From the NCBI GenBank assembly GCA_964606885.1, contig CAZSHB010000005.1, positions 1 to 59,822 of the forward strand: a DNA stretch of 59,822 nt, read 5' to 3'. Origin of the DNA: an uncultured Pseudomonadota bacterium. GTDB lineage: Bacteria > Babelota > Babeliae > Babelales > CAIQNR01. Each line of letters starts with the position of its first letter. Position 1 is the first letter of the stretch. Shown in pieces: positions 26,730 to 36,652 of the stretch. Made by a program: the position numbers and the translations under genes. The notes under the pieces are model-generated. The model searched no databases. It was not told the DNA's origin and saw only the letters and a program-made list of their open reading frames with translations.

Positions 26730-27209
26730 ATGAATAAGTTTTTATTAGTAATCTTACTCACGCTGCCAGGTATAGCAGATGCTAAAAATGCTTCTACATG
26801 CCCATTTGCATCTCAAAGTAAACCAACAGCAGCACAGACAGTTCTCAAGAATCCATCACTTGCAACACTCAAAAAACAGCTTAAGGGCAAAAAACTTGTA
26901 GTAGTAGATGTGTACGCAGACTGGTGCTCACCGTGCAAACTGATGCACCCTATCGTTGATGCACTTGCACAAGATACAGATCTAAAAGAAGTGGTGTTTA
27001 TCAAAGTTGCACATGATAACCAAGAGCTGATCAAGTTCTTAAACACGCATCTTGCTGATGGCAAAACGAGCGTTCCGTCTATACCGTATTTCTTTGTTTT
27101 TAAAAATGGCAAAGCTATCGATCAGTTTACTGGCGCTATGGCACAAACCGTTTTTAAAAGTAAAATCTTAAAGCACACAAACCCGAACGATAGCAAGTCT
27201 AACGCTTAA
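26730..27209 (+). CDS. Secreted (periplasmic) thioredoxin-like protein
   Basis: ATG 26730 is 1 nt after the trxA stop (TAATATG). Signal MNKFLLVILLTLPGIADA. WCSPC active site in VVVDVYADWCSPCKLM. SVPSIPYFFVFK. Confidence 0.8.
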   Translation: MNKFLLVILLTLPGIADAKNASTCPFASQSKPTAAQTVLKNPSLATLKKQLKGKKLVVVDVYADWCSPCKLMHPIVDALAQDTDLKEVVFIKVAHDNQELIKFLNTHLADGKTSVPSIPYFFVFKNGKAIDQFTGAMAQTVFKSKILKHTNPNDSKSNA

Positions 27210-28528
27210 GGTTTTTTATCTTGTACCTCATACCCAAGTTGGCGCAACTGCTCACGCAATGCATCCGCTTGGGTCCATTTTTTTTCTAGTCGTGCTTGTT
27301 CACGCGCATCTAATAAAGCTTGAATTTCTGCCGTTACCGCAACTTGCGTCAATGGCGCTAAGGTTAAACCCAACACCTGCTGCACAAAGTATTTTACCGC
27401 TGGTGCCTGATTGCCAAGATGAGTAAGTTGTTCAAATACTAAGCCCAGGGCCCCTGCTGTATTTACATCTTCTGCCAAAAAGGCAGTCAGTTGCTTAAAA
27501 ATCTCAGAATGCTGGACACGTGCATCATGAACATCAGTTGGCGCTTGTGTATCTTCAAACGCTTTGCATAAACGTCGGTACGCTTTTTCTGATGCCTTAA
27601 GATCGTCAAGCGTAAAATCGAGCGGCGAACGGTAATGGTGTTGTAAAAGATAGAATCTGATAACCATTGGGTCCACTTGTTCAAACACTTCACGCAACGT
27701 AAAAAAATTACCAAGCGATTTAGACATCTTTTCTTGATTAATACGCACAAACGCATTATGTAACCAAATATTTGCAAAGTGCTTACCATACACACTTTCC
27801 GATTGTGCTATTTCATTTTCGTGATGCGGAAAAATAAGATCCATACCACCTGCATGAATATCGATATGTTCGCCAAGATGTTTTTTAGCCATTGCTGAAC
27901 ATTCTATATGCCAACCAGGTCTACCATACCCCCAAGGACTCTTCCAAAATTCACCCTCAGGTTCACCCTTCCACAAAGCAAAATCAAGCGGATCTTCTTT
28001 TTTATCATTAATATCCACACGTGCACCCGCTTGCAGATCTTCTAGTTTACGTTTAGAAAGCGCACCATAATCGGCAAAACTTTTTACTCTAAAGTACACA
28101 TCCCCATCAACAGCATACGCATGCCCTTTTGCAATCAACGCGGCGATGTGATCAATCATTTCTGGAATAGTATGTGTAGCGTACGGTTCATAGTCAGGTG
28201 TTAAACAATTAAGACGGTGCATGTCTTCTTGATACGCTTTGATAAACTTTTTAGCAACATCATGGTAACGCATTCTGTCGCCATATTCCTGTTCAGCCTT
28301 AATCAGCAACTTATCATCAATATCTGTGTAATTGCGGCAATAGATCGCCTTATACCCTAACATTTTCAAGAATCGATATAATACATCAAACGATACATAA
28401 CAACGTCCATGCCCCATATGCGAGAAATCGTAAGGTGTAACACCGCACACATATAACGTGACTGTGTTACCGGAAAGCGGCTGTAAGCGTTGTTTTTGAG
28501 ATGTTAATGTATTATAAAAGGTAACCAT
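27206..28528 (-). CDS. cysS: Cysteinyl-tRNA synthetase
   Basis: CGVTPYDFSHMGHGR (HIGH region). KMSKSLGNF. HIECS. HHENE. ATG 28528 with a GGAGA RBS. The stop overlaps the convergent Trx-like stop in TTAA (27206-27209). Confidence 0.95.
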   Translation of the reverse strand: MVTFYNTLTSQKQRLQPLSGNTVTLYVCGVTPYDFSHMGHGRCYVSFDVLYRFLKMLGYKAIYCRNYTDIDDKLLIKAEQEYGDRMRYHDVAKKFIKAYQEDMHRLNCLTPDYEPYATHTIPEMIDHIAALIAKGHAYAVDGDVYFRVKSFADYGALSKRKLEDLQAGARVDINDKKEDPLDFALWKGEPEGEFWKSPWGYGRPGWHIECSAMAKKHLGEHIDIHAGGMDLIFPHHENEIAQSESVYGKHFANIWLHNAFVRINQEKMSKSLGNFFTLREVFEQVDPMVIRFYLLQHHYRSPLDFTLDDLKASEKAYRRLCKAFEDTQAPTDVHDARVQHSEIFKQLTAFLAEDVNTAGALGLVFEQLTHLGNQAPAVKYFVQQVLGLTLAPLTQVAVTAEIQALLDAREQARLEKKWTQADALREQLRQLGYEVQDKKP

Positions 28529-28657
28529 CAATTCTCCGTATAGAATAGGTGAGGTGTTTAAGGCTGGCTAATTTTGCAAAAATAGTTATCATGTTTCGTT
28601 ATTTTATCATGGCATAGAAAAAAGACTATTGTACTAAAAATAGGCAGGAGCCTTGTA

Positions 28658-31129
28658 ATGGCATCAGTTATCACCTCAACAATCAAACGATCAGTGGTGT
28701 GCGCATCATTACTACTATCGTTTATTCCTTTTTCTCACACGCAATCAACGCCAACTACCGCCCCTTCGTCAGAAGATGTGCAAAAAGAGGATTTAGAAAA
28801 ACTTACCATTTCTCGTATCACCATAGATGGACTCAATTTTTTGCCCGAAGATACCATTTTAAGCAAAGTGCCCTATCATGTGGGCAGAAAGTATGACCCG
28901 ACGCTTTCAAACGCCTGTATAAACCAACTGTACGATCTTGGGTACTTTAAAAATATTACCCTCTCGCTCAAGCAAGATTCACCAACAACCGTTATTTTAT
29001 TTATTACCTTTGAAGAAAAAACACCATTAAAAGAAGTGATCTTTAAAGGCAATAAAAATATGCCCGAAAAAGATATCCATAAAAAAATAGCGTTTGAAAA
29101 AGTTGCCGCTATAGAAAAGGCAGACCTTAAAAAATACTCCACCCTGCTAAAAGAACTATACGCCGAAAAAGGGTACCACTTCACGCTTGTAACGGGAAAC
29201 ATAGAAGAAAAAGATGGTAAAGCTACCGTAACCTTCACTATTAAAGAAGGCATCCAAGCGCATGTACAAAAAGTACGCTTTAAGGGTAACAAGAGTTATG
29301 ACGGTAAAGCGTTGCGCTCTATGCTCTTTACGCGTGAAAACTGGCTTGGTGGTTTCTTAGATAAAAGCGGTTTGTACGTACCTCTTGCCGTAGAACAAGA
29401 TAAATTAACCATAGAAAACTTTTATCAAAGCACCGGCTTTTTAGAAGCAAAAGTAACTGACGCGTTGATCGAATTTGATAAAAAGAAAAAGTTTATTACC
29501 GTCACCTTTATTATTGAAGAAGGCGATAAATACACGATTAGTAGCGTCAGCGCACCTGGTAACGATATTTTAACAGAAGAAGAACTGAAAGCGGTTATTC
29601 CTGTTATGCCAGGACAATACTATTCAAAAGAGTTGCTACGTATGACCATTGAACGCTTGCGCACACTGTGGGGCCAACATGGATACATCTATGCGGATAT
29701 TCAACCAGCTCTTGATCCTAATCCAAAAGAACAAACAGTCGCAGTAACGTTCTACTCAGAACCGGGTAATAAAGTATTTTTAAACAAAATTAATATTCTT
29801 GGTAACGAAAAAACACGCGACAAAGTGGTTCGCCGCCAAATGGTTATTGAAGAAGGTGACATGCTCACCACAGCAGGCATGGACGTGTCTAAAAACAAGA
29901 TCAACCAACTTGGCTACTTTGATTTAAAAGAAGGCGTTAACTGGAAGCTCACACGCTTAAATGATGAAACTGCCGATCTTGATATCCTTCTTAAAGAAAT
30001 CAAAACGGGTAAGTTCGAATTTAGAGCAAATTACGGTGGTACCCCTGGTAAAATACAAAGTACCGCAAGTGGTTTCTCTGTACAGTTAACCGCATTAGAA
30101 CGTAACTTATTCGGTTCAGGTATGTACGCTGAACTTATGGGCCGCGTGGGTGCTGACGAAATGCTCTATAACTTTAACATCATGCAACCATGGTTCTGTG
30201 ACCGCCCTATCTATCTTGGTTGTGAAAGTTATTACAGCAGCTCGGTGTACGAAGAAATCAAAAAAGTTAAACAATCAATTGACGAAAAACGCATCGGTGG
30301 TGCTGTTAAAAGCGGTTTCATGTGGCAGAGCAAAATTGACACAGCCGTTAGATTTATCGCCGGGTTTGAAACGATTCATAACACGCGACCGGTAGCACAA
30401 TTTGCGGGCAACTTAACTGCCGAAGCTGAATACCAAATAATTCTAGATGAACGTTTTAAGACTTCTAAGTTCTTCTATATAGAAAACAAACTCGAACAAG
30501 ATACACGTAACCACAACCTCCATATTACCAATGGCCACTTCTGGACATTGACCAACAAGATCGCATTCCCTGCACTTGATGACAACGTCAGCTTTTACAA
30601 ATTAGACGCAGACCTCCATTGGTACAGCGCTATTATTGGTAGCACAACACTGGTACTCCACTTACATGGCTATTTAGGCATCGTAACGCCTCTTGGTAAC
30701 AACCGAATTCCATTTAGAGATCTGTACAACATCGGTGGCCAAGCAAGCGTACGTGCGTGGAAATTTGGTCAAATTGGGCCAATGTGGACGGTAAACGAAG
30801 CTCGTGTTGACGATGAATGGCAAGGCGAACCGATTGGTGCACAAAAAGCATTCTTCTGTAACGCAGAACTTATCTTCCCTATTACGGAAGATTTAAGCAT
30901 CAAAGGCTCAGCATTCTACGATGGTGGTGCTGGTTGGGATACACCAAAGAAAGGTGTTATTAATCCATCTCGTTTAGTGAACAACTCGTTTGATTACCGT
31001 CAGTGTATTGGTATCGGCTTACGTTTACTTAAACCACAACCAATGCGTATCGATTGGGGCTTTAAGCTCGACCGCCGCCCTGGGGAATCGGCAAGCGAAG
31101 TTAACTTTACCACCTATTACGACTTCTAA
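28658..31129 (+). CDS. bamA: Outer membrane protein assembly factor BamA (POTRA repeats plus Omp85 barrel)
   Basis: 823 aa. AGGAG RBS and signal peptide. Repeated POTRA-like units (I..I.F.GN......L.......G..Y). GNEKTRDKVVRRQM (conserved GN..T.D.V+RRE block). C-terminus ...NFTTYYDF. Confidence 0.9.
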   Translation: MASVITSTIKRSVVCASLLLSFIPFSHTQSTPTTAPSSEDVQKEDLEKLTISRITIDGLNFLPEDTILSKVPYHVGRKYDPTLSNACINQLYDLGYFKNITLSLKQDSPTTVILFITFEEKTPLKEVIFKGNKNMPEKDIHKKIAFEKVAAIEKADLKKYSTLLKELYAEKGYHFTLVTGNIEEKDGKATVTFTIKEGIQAHVQKVRFKGNKSYDGKALRSMLFTRENWLGGFLDKSGLYVPLAVEQDKLTIENFYQSTGFLEAKVTDALIEFDKKKKFITVTFIIEEGDKYTISSVSAPGNDILTEEELKAVIPVMPGQYYSKELLRMTIERLRTLWGQHGYIYADIQPALDPNPKEQTVAVTFYSEPGNKVFLNKINILGNEKTRDKVVRRQMVIEEGDMLTTAGMDVSKNKINQLGYFDLKEGVNWKLTRLNDETADLDILLKEIKTGKFEFRANYGGTPGKIQSTASGFSVQLTALERNLFGSGMYAELMGRVGADEMLYNFNIMQPWFCDRPIYLGCESYYSSSVYEEIKKVKQSIDEKRIGGAVKSGFMWQSKIDTAVRFIAGFETIHNTRPVAQFAGNLTAEAEYQIILDERFKTSKFFYIENKLEQDTRNHNLHITNGHFWTLTNKIAFPALDDNVSFYKLDADLHWYSAIIGSTTLVLHLHGYLGIVTPLGNNRIPFRDLYNIGGQASVRAWKFGQIGPMWTVNEARVDDEWQGEPIGAQKAFFCNAELIFPITEDLSIKGSAFYDGGAGWDTPKKGVINPSRLVNNSFDYRQCIGIGLRLLKPQPMRIDWGFKLDRRPGESASEVNFTTYYDF

Positions 31130-31162
31130 AGTACCCCGCTTATATAAGCCGAGAAAACAAAA

Positions 31163-31190
31163 AGGGCTGTGTAATAACAGCCCTTTTTTC
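31163..31190 (+). terminator. Rho-independent terminator after bamA
   Basis: Stem AGGGCTGT (31163-31170) / ACAGCCCT (31177-31184), followed by TTTTTT. Confidence 0.75.
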
Positions 31191-31211
31191 TTGCCTGCTA
31201 TTTACAGACTA

Positions 31212-32375
31212 TTAGTTATCCTGATTGCTATATGTTCTGCCTGCTCGTTTTTTTGTTTTATCAGCTGCTTTTTGATCAGCCTTTTCTTGTTGTTGTGCTT
31301 TCTTTGCAGCTACACGTTCAGCCTTAGCTTGCTTTTTGTCGCTCTTTGTATCTGCGTTGCTGCTGTTAAACATGCCGCCTTTGCTTGCTTGTGCGTCTTG
31401 CTTTTTCTTTGATGCTTTCTTATCTGACTTACTATCAGATTTTTTGCTTGCTGACTTAGTTGCTTTTTTGTCGTCTTTTTTAGCCGGTTTAGCATCAGCT
31501 TTTTTGTTTGCAGCATACTTAGCTTTTTTATCAGCTTTTTCTTGAGCGCGTCTGTTTTCTTTTTCTGCTTGTTTTCTGTCAGCTTCTTTTTTGCTTTCAG
31601 CGTTTCTTGCAGCGGTACGCGCTCTAATTGCATCCATATTTTCTTGCTTAGTCATTTCTTTTGCAGTTGGATTATTATCTACTGCACCAGAAGCAATGCC
31701 TTTTGCAGCACGGATTTCTTCACGCTTTTCGTGGCGAACAGCTTCTTCGTTGCTATAACGGCTTGCAGCAATTCTTGAACGTCCTTCAACATCATCCTTT
31801 GCTCTGCGTGCAGCTTGTTTGTCACGTAGGTCATCGTACTTATACGCTTTAACGTGCAATTTACGTTCATCTTCTTTTGCATCAGCAAGAGCTTCTTCGG
31901 TCTTAGTAAGTTCTTTACCTAATGCCTGAAGCTTTGCTTTAAGCGCTTGTACTTGTGTTGTATCTTCTAAATCTGTTGCAGACTGCTTAGTTAATGCATC
32001 AGCTTCTGCCGGTGTTGCATATTTTCTATCTTCAAACGTATTAAGACGTATTGCTTTTGCATCTTCTGGCGATAAAGCGTGTGCTTGTCTGCGTGACTCG
32101 CTCTTTGCATGAGTAATGCGATATCTTACATCTTCACGTTGATCAAGCAGTTTTGCTCTTTTTGCTTGCAACTTATCAACTTTTGCTGATGCTGCCGGTA
32201 TTTGTCTTGCCGCTTCTGCTATTTTACGTTCTTTAGCCGCCTTCTTATCTTCTCTTGCAGCTTCTTTATCAGCCATACGGTCATCACGTGCAGCTTTAGT
32301 GTTTGCGTTAACTGGAGCTGCCTGTGCATACTGGGCACTTGCAAATGCCACCATAACTATCAGTAACTTCTTCAC
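31212..32375 (-). CDS. Secreted, highly charged Lys/Ala/Glu/Asp-rich low-complexity protein (histone-H1-like KA-rich tail)
   Basis: 387 aa. GTG start with a GAGGAG RBS. Signal MKKLLIVMVAFASAQYAQA. The rest is almost entirely K/A/E/D/R/Q. C-terminal KKADAKPAKKDDKKATKSASKKSDSKSDKKASKKK. Confidence 0.7.
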   Translation of the reverse strand: MKKLLIVMVAFASAQYAQAAPVNANTKAARDDRMADKEAAREDKKAAKERKIAEAARQIPAASAKVDKLQAKRAKLLDQREDVRYRITHAKSESRRQAHALSPEDAKAIRLNTFEDRKYATPAEADALTKQSATDLEDTTQVQALKAKLQALGKELTKTEEALADAKEDERKLHVKAYKYDDLRDKQAARRAKDDVEGRSRIAASRYSNEEAVRHEKREEIRAAKGIASGAVDNNPTAKEMTKQENMDAIRARTAARNAESKKEADRKQAEKENRRAQEKADKKAKYAANKKADAKPAKKDDKKATKSASKKSDSKSDKKASKKKQDAQASKGGMFNSSNADTKSDKKQAKAERVAAKKAQQQEKADQKAADKTKKRAGRTYSNQDN

Positions 32376-32565
32376 GTTTTCTCCTCTTTTTAGTTTTTAC
32401 GCGCCTTAAAGTCTTATCATGGGAGACTAGTAGACTCACCAAGCCAAAATCAAGATTTTCATGAGTATCATCCCCATAAAAGAGGACAAACTGCCATTTT
32501 TTCTTCATTGCTTTTTAAAGAAAAACCACAATAAGATGTATCGTAACTATACAAGGGAGACTGTT

Positions 32566-32832
32566 ATGAAAAAGAAAACATCAATCGGTATTTTTATTGG
32601 CGTACAGCTTTTATTTGTTACCCTCTATATTCATAAACAAAGTGTACTGGTCAAGCTCTCGTATCAAAAACAAGCAGCACAAGAAGAACTTAAAAAAATG
32701 ATTGCTCACAAAGAAATAGTTGCAAGTAAGCTTTGTGATGTACAAAATCCTAAACGCGTGAAACACTTTGCTCAAGAAAAATTAGGTATGCAACCACTCG
32801 CCCTTAAAAAAATAAAAAGGTTAACCGTATGA
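32566..32832 (+). CDS. ftsL: FtsL-like cell-division protein
   Basis: 88 aa. GGGAG RBS. Short cytoplasmic N-terminus, one TM helix (IGIFIGVQLLFVTLYI), then a coiled-coil-like segment. The stop overlaps the ftsI start (ATGA at 32829-32832). Confidence 0.6.
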   Translation: MKKKTSIGIFIGVQLLFVTLYIHKQSVLVKLSYQKQAAQEELKKMIAHKEIVASKLCDVQNPKRVKHFAQEKLGMQPLALKKIKRLTV

Positions 32833-34460
32833 TAGGCGCGTCCTCAAAAATTCGTTCCACCTGTGTCTTTTTTATATTCTTCGCTCTTTTTAGCATCGCT
32901 CTTGTTCACCTGTATAATTTACAAATCCGTCGACACACCTTTTTTACCGAACTTGCCAATCGCCAATACTTTCTAACCGTAACATCATACGCACCGCGCG
33001 CCACTATTCTTGATAGAAACGGACTGCCGCTCGCACTTAATAAAGAAAGTACGTCCGGTTTTATTATGCCCCACATGGTTAAAAACAAAGAAGCACTTAC
33101 TGCATTTTTAAAAAACCAGTTCCCCCAAAGTCTTGAACAATGGAAAGCAAAACCGGACAGTAAGTTTTTGTATATCAAACGGGCACTCACCGAGCAGGAA
33201 GTTGACCTGATAAAAACCTCAGGCCTGACCGATATCCATCTGCTGAAAGAACCAAACAGATTTTATCCGTACCAAAGCTGTACCAGCATTATTGGCATGA
33301 CCAATATTGATAACAAAGGTCTTTTCGGTCTTGAATACTTTTATAACGACGCACTTGCAGGCGTACCCGCAAAAACAGTACTAGAAAAAGACGCTCGTTC
33401 TGGACTTTTTTATTTTGGTAAAACAACCGAACAAGAAGCACATCAAGGCGCGCCAATACATCTCAGTCTTGATGCACACCTGCAATTTTTAGTGACTGAA
33501 GAACTCACCGATACGGCAGAACGGTACAACGCAGCTCAAGCAGCAGCACTAGTTATGAACCCAGAAACGGGAGAAATCTTAGCCATTGCAAGTTATCCTA
33601 ATTTGGACCCTGAACAGTTCAACCAAGAAGCAACTAAAAACACAGCCATTACAGAAAGTTACGAATTTGGTTCAGCCTTTAAAGCGTTTTGTGCTTTAGC
33701 TGCGCTTGCAGAAGATGCAGTCACGCTTGATGAACCAATCAATTGCGAAAATAGTAAAACTGCTTACGTTGCTGGCAGAAAAATTAACACGGTAATCCCT
33801 GGTGGCGTTATGCCGTTTTTAGATGTGATTGCTACGTCTAATAATATTGGTATTGCCAAAGTGGCTATGCGCATCAACACCAAACTCTATGACCATTATA
33901 AAAAACTGGGCTTTGGTACCAAAACGGGCATCGAGTTTCCTGGAGAAAACAAAGGCTCAGTCAACCCACCAAGCAACTGGTCTAAGCATTCTATCATCTC
34001 CCTCTCGTATGGGTACGAAGTGAGTAGTACGCTGGTACAACTAGCCCGTGCATTTTCTATAGTGAGCAACGGCGGCTACTTAATACAACCAACGCTGATC
34101 AAGCAGGACGCTGGCAAAAAACCAACCGGCACACCTCTCTATAACCATGAACTTATTGAACAGTTACGCACGTTATTACTTGCAACAACATCCAACAAAG
34201 GAACAGGTAAGGCAGCCGCTGTGCACGGCTATACAACACTGGGCAAAACAAGCACGGCAAACCTGTTAGAACATGGCGTGTATAACAAAGATAAAAATAT
34301 CTACGCCTTTGTAGGCTCAGTAGAAAAAGGAAACTATAAACGGGTTATTGCCTGTTTTATTAAAGAATCGCGTATGCTCCATTCGTACGCATCAGTTATA
34401 GCAGCGCCGTTGTTTGAACGTATTGCAGAAAAAACCGTTATTCACGAAAAAATGTGGTGA
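32829..34460 (+). CDS. ftsI: Penicillin-binding protein, class B transpeptidase (FtsI/PBP3-like)
   Basis: N-terminal TM anchor. SxxK (GSAFKAF), SxN (ATSNNIG) and KTG-like (GKTSTA) motifs with the expected spacing. Confidence 0.85.
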   Translation: MIGASSKIRSTCVFFIFFALFSIALVHLYNLQIRRHTFFTELANRQYFLTVTSYAPRATILDRNGLPLALNKESTSGFIMPHMVKNKEALTAFLKNQFPQSLEQWKAKPDSKFLYIKRALTEQEVDLIKTSGLTDIHLLKEPNRFYPYQSCTSIIGMTNIDNKGLFGLEYFYNDALAGVPAKTVLEKDARSGLFYFGKTTEQEAHQGAPIHLSLDAHLQFLVTEELTDTAERYNAAQAAALVMNPETGEILAIASYPNLDPEQFNQEATKNTAITESYEFGSAFKAFCALAALAEDAVTLDEPINCENSKTAYVAGRKINTVIPGGVMPFLDVIATSNNIGIAKVAMRINTKLYDHYKKLGFGTKTGIEFPGENKGSVNPPSNWSKHSIISLSYGYEVSSTLVQLARAFSIVSNGGYLIQPTLIKQDAGKKPTGTPLYNHELIEQLRTLLLATTSNKGTGKAAAVHGYTTLGKTSTANLLEHGVYNKDKNIYAFVGSVEKGNYKRVIACFIKESRMLHSYASVIAAPLFERIAEKTVIHEKMW

Positions 34461-34463
34461 TTT

Positions 34464-35300
34464 ATGAAGATTTTAATTCCAGCCGATGTCCCTCAACACC
34501 TACAAGCTACGTACAAAAAGCATTATTCTACGCTCACAAAAGATACTGAACGTATATTGCTGTTTGCTGCTGACCAAAAAATGGAACACTTAAATGCAGA
34601 CTTTGCAGGCGACACATTACCAGAAGGCATTGATGATCCTGCTTATCTTTTTGCACTTGCTAACACCAACTACTTTGGTGCCTTTGCAGCGCACGTCGGA
34701 CTTATTGCGCGTTATGCTAATCAGTTTCCTGGAATCAATTATATTGCAAAACTTAACGGTAAAACAAACAGCACCAAGGGCGAACCATATAGCAAACAGC
34801 TGTGGAGTGTACAAGACGCACTTGCTCTTGAACATGCTGCCATTATTGGTGTTGGTTATACGATTTATTTAGGAAGTAGTTTTGAGCGAGACATGCTGAC
34901 AGAAGCTGCTCAAATAGTAACACAAGCGCATCACCATGGACTGCTTGCAGTGTTGTGGATCTATCCACGCGGTGCAGCAATCACAAACGATACAAGCCCT
35001 GAAATTACTGCAGGAGCTGCAGGCGTTGCTGCAAGTTTGGGTGCTGACGTGGTTAAAATTAAATGCCCTGACGGTGCACCAGAAAGTTTACAGGCTGTAG
35101 TACGGGCTGCTGGCAATACCAAAGTGATAGTTTCTGGAGGCGTTAAACAGGAACCAAAACAGTTCGTAAAAGAAGTGGGTGACTGGATAAAAATTGGCGG
35201 AGTTGCTGGTGCAGCGGTTGGCAGAAACATTTTCCAGAACAGTCCTGAACAAGCACTTGCTATCAGTGCCTCACTTTCAGAACTTATCTATAAGCATTAA
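34464..35300 (+). CDS. Class I (DhnA/FbaB-type) fructose-bisphosphate aldolase family protein
   Basis: 278 aa. ...VLWIYPRG..., SLGADVVKIK (Schiff-base Lys region), VIVSGGVK and AVGRNIFQ match the DhnA/archaeal class-IA aldolase / ADH-synthase fold family. Confidence 0.65.
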   Translation: MKILIPADVPQHLQATYKKHYSTLTKDTERILLFAADQKMEHLNADFAGDTLPEGIDDPAYLFALANTNYFGAFAAHVGLIARYANQFPGINYIAKLNGKTNSTKGEPYSKQLWSVQDALALEHAAIIGVGYTIYLGSSFERDMLTEAAQIVTQAHHHGLLAVLWIYPRGAAITNDTSPEITAGAAGVAASLGADVVKIKCPDGAPESLQAVVRAAGNTKVIVSGGVKQEPKQFVKEVGDWIKIGGVAGAAVGRNIFQNSPEQALAISASLSELIYKH

Positions 35301-35316
35301 GATGCTGCACAGTATG

Positions 35317-36111
35317 TTAATCTTCTTGAGACTGTGATGCAACAAGTTCATGCTCAGTTTTAGTATATGATTTTACATACGTAAAAAGAGCCATAGCAAC
35401 CGCTACCTGCCTGATAAGCACCCAATCTTTTGCCGTACAAAACGTGTGCGCAGCAATGCCAAGTATGGGTAATGCTGTACCAACCATAACCCCTTCTGCC
35501 ACCGCTGATACTAAAGGGAACTCAAGTCTTTGTGTAGTATTTGTAGTATCTATCTGTTCAACTCTCGTCTGCTCATGTCTTTCAAATTCATCCCTATATA
35601 ACAAATCTCCTGCTGCATTAAACCTTCTAGACTCCATCCATATACTTGTAAAAAACATATAACTTGTCTTTTGCTGCGCAGAGTCTTTTTTATCTTTGCC
35701 AGTTTTATATAAATCATTTGCCATACCACTCAAACCTATCAATCCTAAATATGCAGCTTCACGCACAAAGGGATGATTATCATACGTTGCACGAGCAAGT
35801 AGTAAGAAAGCAGCTGCAGATGATACACCTACTCCAAAACCTACCAACGGTAGAATTTTCCTCTTGCCATAATCGTCGCATACAGACTCAAGAGAACGCT
35901 CCCATGTACTAACTTTTGATGCCCTTTTGAGTGTTTCCCGCCCCTCCAAAACACACTGCCGCACGTAATCAGAAGTCAGTATGGTTGGACCAGCTACAAA
36001 ACCTATAGGCAGTACCGCATGCAGAGATACAATTATACTACTCCATACAAACATCATAAAAACATGCTTCAACACGAATACTCTCCCATTAAGAAACTGA
36101 TTAGAACTCAC
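35317..36111 (-). CDS. Hypothetical membrane protein
   Basis: 264 aa. Several hydrophobic segments (VWSSIIVSLHAVLPIGFVAG, LVGFGVGVSSAAAFLLLA, VMVGTALPILGIAAH). The start is uncertain (GTG 36111 or ATG 36057). Confidence 0.5.
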   Translation of the reverse strand: MSSNQFLNGRVFVLKHVFMMFVWSSIIVSLHAVLPIGFVAGPTILTSDYVRQCVLEGRETLKRASKVSTWERSLESVCDDYGKRKILPLVGFGVGVSSAAAFLLLARATYDNHPFVREAAYLGLIGLSGMANDLYKTGKDKKDSAQQKTSYMFFTSIWMESRRFNAAGDLLYRDEFERHEQTRVEQIDTTNTTQRLEFPLVSAVAEGVMVGTALPILGIAAHTFCTAKDWVLIRQVAVAMALFTYVKSYTKTEHELVASQSQED

Positions 36112-36231
36112 GCCTCAGATGGTATAGCATATTTTTTAACCAGCAACTTTATCAGCCATATAACAAAAAAGCGCAGGCCATATGCACTGCGCTTTAAAAA
36201 CTTGTGTGTAAAAATATAACACTTACTAAGA

Positions 36232-36633
36232 TTACTTTGTAGCCCAATAATCAATCATTACATCAGCCGGCACTTTTAAATCATATTTTTTAGCAATCTT
36301 GTAACAACGCCGCAGATATATAACAAAAGCTGCCAAAACTGGCCCATCAAGGGCTATACCGTATGCAAGCGGATAATACATCAACAATTTAGGCAAAATT
36401 TTAGGCTCTAATTGCACATCGATACCTATAATAAGCGCTACCCATGCTACTGAAAATAATCCAAAAGCAACTGTAGATGAAAATTGCTCTTTCTGACAGG
36501 CTTTTACTCTCTCGTCATAGGTGCTTATTACTTTATCTGCAGATATTTTTTCAACTGCTATCGGATGTTCTTGCGCAGCACCAATTACACCAGAACCAAC
36601 TAATAGACTTAACACTAACAACTTTTTGAACAT
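36232..36633 (-). CDS. Hypothetical secreted/membrane protein
   Basis: 133 aa. Signal MFKKLLVLSLLVGSGVIGAAQE plus two internal hydrophobic segments. Confidence 0.55.
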   Translation of the reverse strand: MFKKLLVLSLLVGSGVIGAAQEHPIAVEKISADKVISTYDERVKACQKEQFSSTVAFGLFSVAWVALIIGIDVQLEPKILPKLLMYYPLAYGIALDGPVLAAFVIYLRRCYKIAKKYDLKVPADVMIDYWATK

Positions 36634-36652
36634 AGGAAACCCTAAAAACTAC

